A stretch of DNA of 64,000 bases from Nitrosopumilus sp. (GTDB lineage: Archaea; Thermoproteota; Nitrososphaeria; Nitrososphaerales; Nitrosopumilaceae): contig OZ244650.1 of NCBI GenBank assembly GCA_965218785.1, forward strand, positions 1,376,001 through 1,440,000. Reading direction: 5' to 3'. Both the position numbers and the translations under genes were made by a program. This document shows positions 1 through 8,570 of the stretch, piece by piece (position 1 is the first letter of the stretch; each line of letters starts with the position of its first letter). Under the pieces are notes generated by a model. The model worked only from the letters and a program-made list of their open reading frames with translations, had not been told where the DNA came from and searched no databases.

Positions 1-472
1 GAAAAATACCTACGCTCAAATCTGCCTTGCCTGAATTTCGTAGTAATTCCCCGTCTAGGATATCTCCATTTGAGTTCTTGTGGATGATCAACTTTAATTC
101 TAATTTTGGTGGATCTTGTGCCAACATCCATGCAAGTGCCCTTATGTGATCTTTTTCAAATTTTTCTTTAATCTCCTCAAAACTTTTTATCCAGTTGTCC
201 TTAATTTTTTCTTCTCTGTTTGTAACACCTTTTTTAATTGCTGCAATATCTTCACTCGTAAATAATGATGATAGAACCAGTTTTAATTCACCGTTGTTCT
301 TTAGAAATTCACTTAATCCCTCAGCACATAAAGCCAGATTTTTTGATGTAAAAAATCCCCCATATCTATAATATGTATTGGAATTTAAAAAACATGGAAC
401 AAAAAAATCATTATACGGATCACTTGATACAGATGAATAACCAGATAATATTGGGAATGATTTTAAATTCAA
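1..472 (-). CDS. N-terminal part (runs off the window) of a PLD-like domain/SF2 helicase of the phosphorothioation-associated restriction enzyme (PbeA-like) type
   Basis: Hand-translated from TTG at 472, overlapping the HNH stop: MNLKSFPILSGYSSVSSDPYNDFFVPCFLNSNTYYRYGGFFTSKNLALCAEGLSEFLKNNGELKLVLS...HIRALAWML...SVGIF. Resembles the N-terminal pattern of PLD-helicase fusions. Open to base 1; not in the ORF track. Confidence 0.65.
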   Translation of the reverse strand, partial: MNLKSFPILSGYSSVSSDPYNDFFVPCFLNSNTYYRYGGFFTSKNLALCAEGLSEFLKNNGELKLVLSSLFTSEDIAAIKKGVTNREEKIKDNWIKSFEEIKEKFEKDHIRALAWMLAQDPPKLELKLIIHKNSNGDILDGELLRNSGKADLSVGIF

Positions 473-1386
473 ATAAAATCTTCCTTTATTTTTGAATTAT
501 GAAATTTGATATTCTTTGTGTCAAGATTATGTTTATCTTTAAAAAAAATCGTACCCAAATGATTACCTTTCAAATCTTCTATTTTATCAGGATTTTTTGG
601 ATTAAATCTAATTATTCGGAAATCAAATTCAGTGTGATGGTTTGGACATAGTACCAGCATGTTATCAAAATCATCATCTCCATTGTCTGCCATTGGCCAG
701 ACATGATGGATTTCGGAGTATCCTGGTTCTGCATATTCTGGAAATGAATAGCTACAAATCTGACATTTGTTGCCATATATTTTTTTTAATAATTTAGATT
801 TTCCCGTATCTCGTATTCTTCTTAGTATGGTGGATTGTATTCTTTTTGGTTCTTTTTTCATACTTGATGGAATTATTTTTGTAATATCTATATTTTTGAA
901 TTTAGGCACTGATATCCCAAGATACGATTCTATGGTATTGTATTTTTTACAAATTTTTTGAATAGATTTCTCCCTGAATTGGATCAGGCTAATTTTGTGC
1001 ATTTTTGGAATATCTGTATCAAATCCCATATCTGAATTTGTTTTTTTATATCCCAAATTTATTTTAAATATTTGGCTAAAATATACTGCTAGAAATTTAT
1101 CCTGATAAATTTTTTTATTCATATTTTTTGTTTGTATTTTCAGTTTCTTTGTCTTGTAGATTTTTCCTGCAACTGAATATTTGCCGTTAAAATAAAATAA
1201 TAACCATTCATCATTATTCATACAATTCCAAATTTTTAAATTTTTTTCTGATGATGAAAAGCTCCACATGAATGTAATATCAGAATCTGTTTTACTTTCC
1301 ACATCTGAGGTTTTGATTTTTTTGACAAATTCATTCATAAAGATTTCTTTTTGATCTCGTTCTATAGATGTTAGAAAAACTTGCAT
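469..1386 (-). CDS. HNH endonuclease with an N-terminal EVE/PUA-like domain (probable modification-dependent restriction nuclease)
   Basis: C-terminal CQIC...EIHH...DDFDNMLVLCPNHHTEFD HNH motif. The N-terminal W..MNNDEWLLFY pattern is EVE-like. Confidence 0.8.
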   Translation of the reverse strand: MQVFLTSIERDQKEIFMNEFVKKIKTSDVESKTDSDITFMWSFSSSEKNLKIWNCMNNDEWLLFYFNGKYSVAGKIYKTKKLKIQTKNMNKKIYQDKFLAVYFSQIFKINLGYKKTNSDMGFDTDIPKMHKISLIQFREKSIQKICKKYNTIESYLGISVPKFKNIDITKIIPSSMKKEPKRIQSTILRRIRDTGKSKLLKKIYGNKCQICSYSFPEYAEPGYSEIHHVWPMADNGDDDFDNMLVLCPNHHTEFDFRIIRFNPKNPDKIEDLKGNHLGTIFFKDKHNLDTKNIKFHNSKIKEDFI

Positions 1387-1567
1387 TTTTTTGTCCTCAT
1401 TTATTTTCCACGTTTTATCGTCAATATCTTATCTACAATATATCTTTTTGAGACCACACATTAAAAATATTCATGCATGGATTCATCATGTGTTATCCAA
1501 CGTTTGTTTTTATTAGTCATCCCATGTTATTCAATAACTCTATAAACTCCCGGTTCCAACCATATTC

Positions 1568-1735
1568 ATGCGAGATACGATAGGTGGAAGACCATACGAG
1601 GTCAGAAAGACAGGCTCCAAGTATGTCGTCAGTTTTTATCCCCAGGTCAAAAACGCAAAGAATCCAGATGCTGTATTATTCAGACTGACTGTAACCAAAG
1701 AAGAGCTAAAGAAACTGGCAAAGATTGCAGGATAA
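1568..1735 (+). CDS. Small basic hypothetical protein (55 aa)
   Basis: MRDTIGGRPYEVRKTGSKYVVSFYPQVKNAKNPDAVLFRLTVTKEELKKLAKIAG, with TATAAA about 25 nt upstream of the ATG (leaderless arrangement). Confidence 0.6.
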   Translation: MRDTIGGRPYEVRKTGSKYVVSFYPQVKNAKNPDAVLFRLTVTKEELKKLAKIAG

Positions 1736-2056
1736 ACTCACTCTGATAGAGTATCAAACACCATGTTTTCATAGGTGTTGCCCGTAAATTCAAACAAAAA
1801 ACTTGAAGAACAAAAGGACATCGGAGTAAAAAAGCTAAAGATCAATATGTTCTACCCAATACAATAACAGAAAAAGATCAATGGAGGAACAGATAATGGA
1901 GGAATCCACAGTCAGAAAAAATGGACATAAAAACCCCGATATGATAAAATTGATTTAATTGTGCAATAGATCTGTTGTGTTTAGTTTGTTAAATCTATTT
2001 CAGCACAAATTTCAGATCAGAAAGCAATTACAAGACAGACAATAGATAAAAAATAA

Positions 2057-3235
2057 CTACCAACAAAACTTTTCATCAACTGGTTGTTTTTTGAAACTGC
2101 TTGGATGATACAGGTATCCAGACTCTAGGCTCTGTTCAAAGTCTTGAACAATTACTAATTCTTTCGAATCAAATGAAATTCCAATAGAAACTGATTCATG
2201 ATTAGGATTAATGATATTATCTCTATGACCCCAGTTTGCATGAGCGTCATCAAACATCATGTCATAGTTTGCATCTAAGATTCCCTTTTTCATATTCCAA
2301 GTACTACCATAGCCTCCTGCAATATTTTCAAAAATCAAATACATTTCATCGTTATTATTTTTGTATCTAAGCATTGGACCATCACCTGAATTTGAAACAT
2401 GATGAATACACTGTTCTTGTGCTAATTGCTCAGCATAAACCTGAGGAGCTTTGGCATCACCTAGACTAATTGATCTCACTCCTTTGTCTTTTCTATACTT
2501 GTTGATATCATCTAATGCAATTTGTCGCAGTTCTTGTAATGTTGGTTGTTCCGGAGGTTCAAATGATGGTATTTCAATTTTAGGAATCTGTATTTCAGAG
2601 ATTTTAATATCTGGAATTACTACAGATTCTTGAGTTTCATGGATAATATTTTCAATCATTAGCGGTACTTCAGTTAAAGAATCTTCAAAAGATTCGATTG
2701 ATTCAGAAACATTGGAGGGTAATTTAATTTCATCAAGAATCTTTTCCAAATCATTGTACAGATTTTCTTCATAGTCAATGTCAATTAAATCATATTTGAT
2801 TTCAATTCCTAAATGACTGTTAAATTGAGTTGTGTATACATTGTTTTTTAAAGTCAAGGTGACATCTTGAACAACATTTGCATTTAGAGGCATATCCCTT
2901 ACTAGGTAAAATATTTCATTGCCACATTGAATTTCTACATTTCTAGTTCCAAATGTGTTCATAATACAATCATTCCAAATTTGATCAGTTTTTTGTGAAG
3001 TAATTTGTTTTAAATTAAATTCAGATACATCTACTATTCCTAGTACAAAAAGAAATACAAACCCTACAATTACAACTCCAATTCCCATTCCTAAATTTTT
3101 TGATTGTTTTTTATTGCGATTGTTTTTGTAAGAGCCTCGTTTTATATTTCCATCATATCTGTTATCATATTTCCCTCCTTTCCAGCCCCTCCAATCATCA
3201 AAGGTATTTTCTGCTGTGTCATCCCATCTTCCCAT
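2057..3235 (-). CDS. Membrane-anchored CAP (SCP/Tpx-1/Ag5) domain protein
   Basis: N-terminal TM helix; C-terminal INKYR...H...ENIA...WGHRDNIINP...SIGI CAP signature. Confidence 0.8.
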   Translation of the reverse strand: MGRWDDTAENTFDDWRGWKGGKYDNRYDGNIKRGSYKNNRNKKQSKNLGMGIGVVIVGFVFLFVLGIVDVSEFNLKQITSQKTDQIWNDCIMNTFGTRNVEIQCGNEIFYLVRDMPLNANVVQDVTLTLKNNVYTTQFNSHLGIEIKYDLIDIDYEENLYNDLEKILDEIKLPSNVSESIESFEDSLTEVPLMIENIIHETQESVVIPDIKISEIQIPKIEIPSFEPPEQPTLQELRQIALDDINKYRKDKGVRSISLGDAKAPQVYAEQLAQEQCIHHVSNSGDGPMLRYKNNNDEMYLIFENIAGGYGSTWNMKKGILDANYDMMFDDAHANWGHRDNIINPNHESVSIGISFDSKELVIVQDFEQSLESGYLYHPSSFKKQPVDEKFCW

Positions 3236-3289
3236 ATCTAATCATCATTTTGTGTATATTTTTCTTTTAAAAAAAGATATTGTTAATCT

Positions 3290-3897
3290 GTTCCAAAATA
3301 GTATTCAATCATTTTTAGATTCTCATCAATCAAACAGACAAAGAATTACTACTTTGTTAAGTACTGTAAGAGGAATTACACTTCCTTCTGGAGCAGGAAT
3401 ACAATTTGATTTCTCATCAAACAATATCTTGGACTTGCCAGGATTATTTAGAAGATTAGATCAATGGGCTGGAGAGAATAATACAAAAATCGTTATTGCA
3501 GTAGATGAAGCTCAAGAATTTAGAAAAAGCAAACACATGGATATGACAAACATATTTGCATCAGTATATGATAACTGTAGAAATATTATTTTAATTTTGA
3601 CAGGTTCAGAAATTGGAGTTTTTTATGATTTCTTGGCTCTTGAAGATGCTAATTCAACATTATTTGGAAGAGCAAAAAAAGAAATCAAAATTAATCCATT
3701 ATCCCATCAGCAAGGTATTGAATTTCTTAAAGTAGGATTAGAACAACAGAAATTAAAAAAATTTGATGAATCTGTATTATCTCATGCTGTTGATGAACTC
3801 GGCGGTATTGTTGGATGGTTAAATGAATTTGGACTACGATGTCTGGAACATAAAAAAAATGGAAAAGAATTCATTAAGGATATTAAAAAAATAGGGT
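3290..3897 (+). pseudogene. Fragment of an archaeal ATPase (AAA+/ATPase_2 family), truncated at both ends
   Basis: Walker B IAVDEAQ, LTGSE, GR and GG motifs are present; Walker A is absent. The C-terminus runs into the repeat at 3898-3942. The start coordinate is approximate. Confidence 0.7.
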
Positions 3898-3942
3898 TCT
3901 GGTGCAAAACAGTGATCTGATCATCAAAATACACCAGAACCG
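3898..3942 (-). repeat. Solo copy of the 45-bp palindromic terminal repeat
   Basis: Reverse complement CGGTTCTGGTGTATTTTGATGATCAGATCACTGTTTTGCACCAGA matches 38680-38724 at 37/45 positions. Confidence 0.85.
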
Positions 3943-4003
3943 TGCTACTACCAGTAACTGACATGCGGTACATTGGTTTTCAAACATGACAAATTATCAA
4001 CAA

Positions 4004-4842
4004 TCATCTATTTTTTACCACAAGTTGTTTTTTCCGTTTTAGATATCTAGAGTCGGGCGGATATTCTATGTTATCTTTTATCTTCATTTCAGGTAAAATC
4101 GATGTGACCCATTTTTTTACAATCGTCGTTCTGTTATCCTTCAAGTAGGAGGACACGGTTGTTCCATGATCTTCTTCTATGATAATGTCGCCACGTTCAA
4201 ATGCCGTATCACACAATCTACAAAATAACAACCCGTTAGATGGATTCATAGAGTTTTTAGGATCCTCTACTTTCATAGTGCTATATGGTACAATATGAGC
4301 TCCTATCATATATTTTGGAATTTTAAATTCACAAAGAACACATTTGTGGTATTGTTTTTCTAGAATCCGCTTAAATGCCGTCTGTTTTGTTCGAACAGAG
4401 ATGGTTCGCATAGAGCCATCAGAGTAAAAATTCTTTGTTTAATTTCTTCTTTGCCCTGATTGATAGCGTGTTCTTCTAACAAAGAATATTCATCGGTTTT
4501 AGAACCTGCCAATCTCCATGTTCCCATACCTCTGCCTTTTTTTGTTTTCCTCCAATCTACAAGAATGTTCTTTAGACGTAATCTGCGAATTTCTCCAGCT
4601 ATCTCCTTGTACAATTTGTTCCCGTGTTCATTAGTATAATCATCAAAGTTGACCCCCAAGCGTGCTGTTACAAATTTGTCCAGATCAGTTTTATTGTGCC
4701 ATATAGGCTTGAGTTCATCTGGTTTAGAGTAGGATTTGCCATCATTGCGTATCATGTAGATCGGTCTGCCGGGTTGAGTAAGATATTCCCAGACATACTG
4801 TTGAAGACCAGTAAATTCTGAATATTTCTTGTATTGTCTCAA
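4004..4842 (-). pseudogene. Frameshifted winged-helix (Mrr_N-like) + HNH endonuclease (ORFs 4360-4842 and 4004-4411)
   Basis: HNH part: CVLC...AHIVP...NGLLFCRLCDTAFERG. Adding one A in AAACAAAGAAT near 4435 joins the frames as KQKNFYSDGSMRTISVR. Confidence 0.7.
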
Positions 4843-5015
4843 TATTGTTTAGCCAGGACTATCACAATTAAGTGCAGATGTTAAGATTAAAGCATACTCC
4901 CAGATGGGAAATAATCAACGACCCATCTGAAGAAAATATCAGTCATAAACAATCCTGATTGGATACTGTGGACTTCTGTCAATCCTGTTTCTTGCCGCAC
5001 AACACAAAAAAGCAT

Positions 5016-5067
5016 TGGGTATCCAAATTAAGGAAATTTTTAACATTTATTAAATAAAAGATACCCA
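5016..5067 (+). promoter_or_regulatory. Inverted repeat TGGGTATC...GATACCCA bracketing the AT-rich TATA region of the fic gene
   Basis: Perfect 8-bp inverted repeat at 5016-5023 and 5060-5067; TTTATTAAATA lies between the arms; ATG at 5076. Confidence 0.4.
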
Positions 5068-5075
5068 CCTGATTC

Positions 5076-5969
5076 ATGGTCATAGTAGTAAAAGAAAGGA
5101 AGAGGAACAGGGAATTTTACTACCTAGCACACCATTCAGGCACAAAAACCATCAAAAAATATCTGGGCAAATTCATTCCAGATGACGTTGAGGAGCAAAA
5201 GGCGGGGCTTTTACAAAAGTTCTACTGCCGGGAATGGGATGGGGAGATAAGGAAGATTGTGGAGAATTACCAAATCGAGATGAGGCGCATCCCGATATCA
5301 GTCCAGATACAAAACTTTGAGAGTTTTGGAATATCATTTACCTACAACACGCAAAGAATTGAAGGCTCGACACTGACACAGGAAGACACCCGGGATCTGC
5401 TGATTCACGGAATCACCCCAAACAAGAAATCAAAAATTGACAGCATTGAAACGCAGAGGCATTATGATTTATTTGTAAGACTGGTTTGCTCCAAAAAAGC
5501 AAAGAGGATCACAATGAACGAGATTCTGGCATGGCACAGCGAGATATTCGGACAGACAAAAATCGGCCAGGCAGGAGGTCTTAGGACCGGCAGGGTGGGA
5601 ATATCTGGAAACGACAAAATTGAATTCACCCCGGTTGCACAGATAAAGTCGAATCTAGAAAAAATATTCAAAGAGATTGACGGGTATGACGGCAAGATAA
5701 CACCCGCGGAACTGGCTTGTAAGGTACACTATGATTTCGTATCAGTACACCCGTTCTGGGATGGAAACGGCAGGATCTCCAGGCTGATAATGAACTACAT
5801 ACTATTCAAGTATGACTATCCGCTGATGTTAATTGAAAATAAAAACAGAAAAGCATATTTCAAATCACTTGAAAGATCACAGCTTGAGAAGAATCCAATT
5901 CATTTTCAAAAATGGTTCATGAAGTATTACATCAAATCCAACAAAAAATATAATCACCAGACAACTTGA
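5076..5969 (+). CDS. Fic family protein (AMPylase) with an intramolecular inhibitory motif
   Basis: Canonical HPFWDGNGRISR; inhibitory (S/T)xxxE(G/N) motif TQRIEG. Confidence 0.92.
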   Translation: MVIVVKERKRNREFYYLAHHSGTKTIKKYLGKFIPDDVEEQKAGLLQKFYCREWDGEIRKIVENYQIEMRRIPISVQIQNFESFGISFTYNTQRIEGSTLTQEDTRDLLIHGITPNKKSKIDSIETQRHYDLFVRLVCSKKAKRITMNEILAWHSEIFGQTKIGQAGGLRTGRVGISGNDKIEFTPVAQIKSNLEKIFKEIDGYDGKITPAELACKVHYDFVSVHPFWDGNGRISRLIMNYILFKYDYPLMLIENKNRKAYFKSLERSQLEKNPIHFQKWFMKYYIKSNKKYNHQTT

Positions 5970-6177
5970 GCAAAACATACAGGGTTGCATGTCACCACAC
6001 AGACTTGATCCCTTTGTGTATAGCCAGACCAGGCTTTTTTGATGGTAATACGAAAATTGATTAAAAATTTGAATTAATTACATCAGTTAGATAAAATCAA
6101 ATATTAAAAAATCAGGTTATTATCAGTCAATTCTCATCATGGACATCAGTAACCACACATTAGAAAAAAAATGATGT

Positions 6178-6315
6178 CTAGTGGCTGTGTCCACAGCCAC
6201 AGGAATCATGACCTTCCTGTCCGGGGGATTCCTTCCCTGCACATCTGGAGCATTTCTCGGATCCTATTGGAGAGAAGAAGCTGATTCCACATGATACGCA
6301 TTTTTGATTTGCCAT
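6178..6315 (-). CDS. Small Cys/His-rich zinc-binding protein (45 aa)
   Basis: MANQKCVSCGISFFSPIGSEKCSRCAGKESPGQEGHDSCGCGHSH; two CxxC motifs; followed by a T-run on the minus strand. Confidence 0.65.
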   Translation of the reverse strand: MANQKCVSCGISFFSPIGSEKCSRCAGKESPGQEGHDSCGCGHSH

Positions 6316-6339
6316 GTAATTCGTGAAAAACTGCCATAT

Positions 6340-6705
6340 TTATTCAGATGGTTTTGTTGCATGACCTGCATCATCATCACCTGATCCGTCCTTTTTTTGA
6401 AAGACCCTGTACTCACCAATGACCCCGCCGCATTTCTCACAGGTGTACTGTCCCCTCTCTATTAGCACCAAATTCTCTGCGACCTGCTCGTTTGCACTCT
6501 CCTCTAGCCGAATCTTTGGAGGACTGGCAAATTCGGTCTCACAGATGTTGCAGTAGTGTTTGAACATCTTTTCTGGTTCCAGCTTTCCAATTGGAGCCAA
6601 AAACAGCTTTCCTACACCCAAATCCGCTTTTTTTGCCTGCTCCTCAGTCAGGTCTGCCGTGACATGACCGCCTGAACCATGAACCTGAAATTCTGCCATA
6701 TACAC
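6340..6705 (-). CDS. Hypothetical zinc-ribbon protein
   Basis: CNIC...CEKC pair. Confidence 0.75.
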   Translation of the reverse strand: MYMAEFQVHGSGGHVTADLTEEQAKKADLGVGKLFLAPIGKLEPEKMFKHYCNICETEFASPPKIRLEESANEQVAENLVLIERGQYTCEKCGGVIGEYRVFQKKDGSGDDDAGHATKPSE

Positions 6706-6780
6706 CGTACCATCCCGTGTTATTTTAGTATGCCCCCTGTATTACCATAGATTCTTATCTAAAATTTTTAGGAAAAATCC

Positions 6781-7650
6781 ATGGATAAAATCAAGCAAAA
6801 TTCCTACGTATTATTCTACTTTAACCATTCAAAAAAATGGCTGATCAAGGTCTCAAGGAAGGAATCACTCCACACACACATCGGAGTAATCAAACATTCA
6901 GATGCAATTGGAAGAGAGTACGGCTCCAGACTGGTTACAAACAAGGACAAGTACGTCTATCTTCTCAGGCCTACAATGTATGACTATATAATGAAGATCC
7001 GGCACGGCACCCAGATTGTTTATCCAAAGGATCTAGGCTACATCGTTGCAAGGGCGGGAATTGGAAGCGGACAGAAGATTCTGGAGATTGGAACCGGCAG
7101 CGGCTCTCTTACCTCTTTTGTCGCAAGTATTGTAAAACCGCGCGGCCATGTGTACACTTTTGATGTTGATGAGGGTTTTATGAAGATAGCAGAAAAGAAC
7201 ATCAGCAAGGCAGGCGTTTCAAAATATGTGACGCAGCATAACCTGGATCTTAAAACCGCAAAAAAGATGCCGCTAAAGGAGATCGACGTTGCATTGATTG
7301 ACCTGGGCGATCCCTGGACCGTACTGCCACAGGTGCGCCAGATGCTCAAAAGCAGCGGTTCGGTCTTTGCCATCTGTCCCACCATGAACCAGCTAGAAAA
7401 GCTGAGCATGGCACTTGTGGAAAACGAATTTACAGACATTGAATCAACTGAACACATCCTGCGTACAATCGAGGCCAGGGAGGGAAAAACCAGACACTCA
7501 TTCCAGGGAATCGGCCATACCACCTACCTGTGTTATGCCAGAAAGGCGTACTTTGAAATGCCATCAGCACCACCCCTCAAAAAAAAGAGAGTCATCAAAA
7601 AGACCGCTAAAACCAAAAAGACCGCTAAAACCAAAAAAAGCAGTGCGTGA
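6781..7650 (+). CDS. trmI: tRNA (adenine-N1)-methyltransferase
   Basis: TQIVYPKD, LEIGTGSGSLT, IDLGDPW, GHTTYL motifs. Confidence 0.9.
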   Translation: MDKIKQNSYVLFYFNHSKKWLIKVSRKESLHTHIGVIKHSDAIGREYGSRLVTNKDKYVYLLRPTMYDYIMKIRHGTQIVYPKDLGYIVARAGIGSGQKILEIGTGSGSLTSFVASIVKPRGHVYTFDVDEGFMKIAEKNISKAGVSKYVTQHNLDLKTAKKMPLKEIDVALIDLGDPWTVLPQVRQMLKSSGSVFAICPTMNQLEKLSMALVENEFTDIESTEHILRTIEAREGKTRHSFQGIGHTTYLCYARKAYFEMPSAPPLKKKRVIKKTAKTKKTAKTKKSSA

Positions 7651-7703
7651 GTATCTACACCCAGAAACAAGACTTATTCCCATGTCTACTGTAACATGTT
7701 CAG

Positions 7704-8567
7704 ATGGTTCGAAGGAATCTTTCACCCGCAATTGTCAGGAAATTCATTCCTGCACGAAGGGCAAACTCCAGAAAAGGCGATAACGGCATAGTGCTGGTTC
7801 TTGGCGGAAGTTACATGTATCACGGCGCCCCAATCCTTGCCTCTATTGCCGCACTCCGATGCGGCACCGATCTGGTGTATACCTGTGTTCCAAAGATCAA
7901 CGTGACCCCGACGCGTGCAGTCTCCCCGAATCTTATTGTTATTCCACTAGCTGATCAAAAATTAACCCGCGGTGCTGCAAACAAGCTTGTAGGGGCATTG
8001 CCGCGTAATCTTCATTCTGCCACGGTTGGTATGGGTCTTGCAGTACAGGAAAAAAACGCATTGTTACATCTTGTAAAATGCCTTTTGGACAGGGATGTCA
8101 GGCTGTCACTAGATGCGTCTGCGCTGATTCCAGAGGTGCTGCCGCTTTTGGCTGAGAAAAACGTCATAGTGACGCCGCATGCCGGGGAGTTCAAGCGGTT
8201 ATTTGGTCTGGTACCATCTGACTCTGCAGACCAGCGAATCAAACAAGTCGAGGAACACGCCAAAAAAGCGGGAATTACAATCCTGCTAAAGGGGGCAACG
8301 GATATCATCTCAGATGGTTCTACCACGTATCTTTATGAGAAAAAAATCCCCGCCATGACAGTCGGCGGAACAGGCGACGTACTATCAGGACTGGTCGCAG
8401 GACTGTTATCTAAAAACCGGAACGCCTTGGAGGCAGCAGCGGCTGCTGCATTTATCAACGGACTTGCAGGAAAGGCAGTCCAGAACAGGATGGGACTCCA
8501 CATGACATCCATGGATCTTCTCGAGCAGATTCCCGCAGTGATGAAGCCCTTTGATAAGGTGGTGTAA
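7704..8567 (+). CDS. nnrD: ADP-dependent NAD(P)H-hydrate dehydratase
   Basis: KGDNGIVLVLGGS, TPHAGEF, GGTGDVLSG motifs. Confidence 0.9.
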   Translation: MVRRNLSPAIVRKFIPARRANSRKGDNGIVLVLGGSYMYHGAPILASIAALRCGTDLVYTCVPKINVTPTRAVSPNLIVIPLADQKLTRGAANKLVGALPRNLHSATVGMGLAVQEKNALLHLVKCLLDRDVRLSLDASALIPEVLPLLAEKNVIVTPHAGEFKRLFGLVPSDSADQRIKQVEEHAKKAGITILLKGATDIISDGSTTYLYEKKIPAMTVGGTGDVLSGLVAGLLSKNRNALEAAAAAAFINGLAGKAVQNRMGLHMTSMDLLEQIPAVMKPFDKVV

Positions 8568-8570
8568 CTG

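Noticed and set aside
5953-5965. ATCACCAGA at the end of fic as another element end
   Set aside because: Only a 9-bp match; the rest of the 45-mer is absent.
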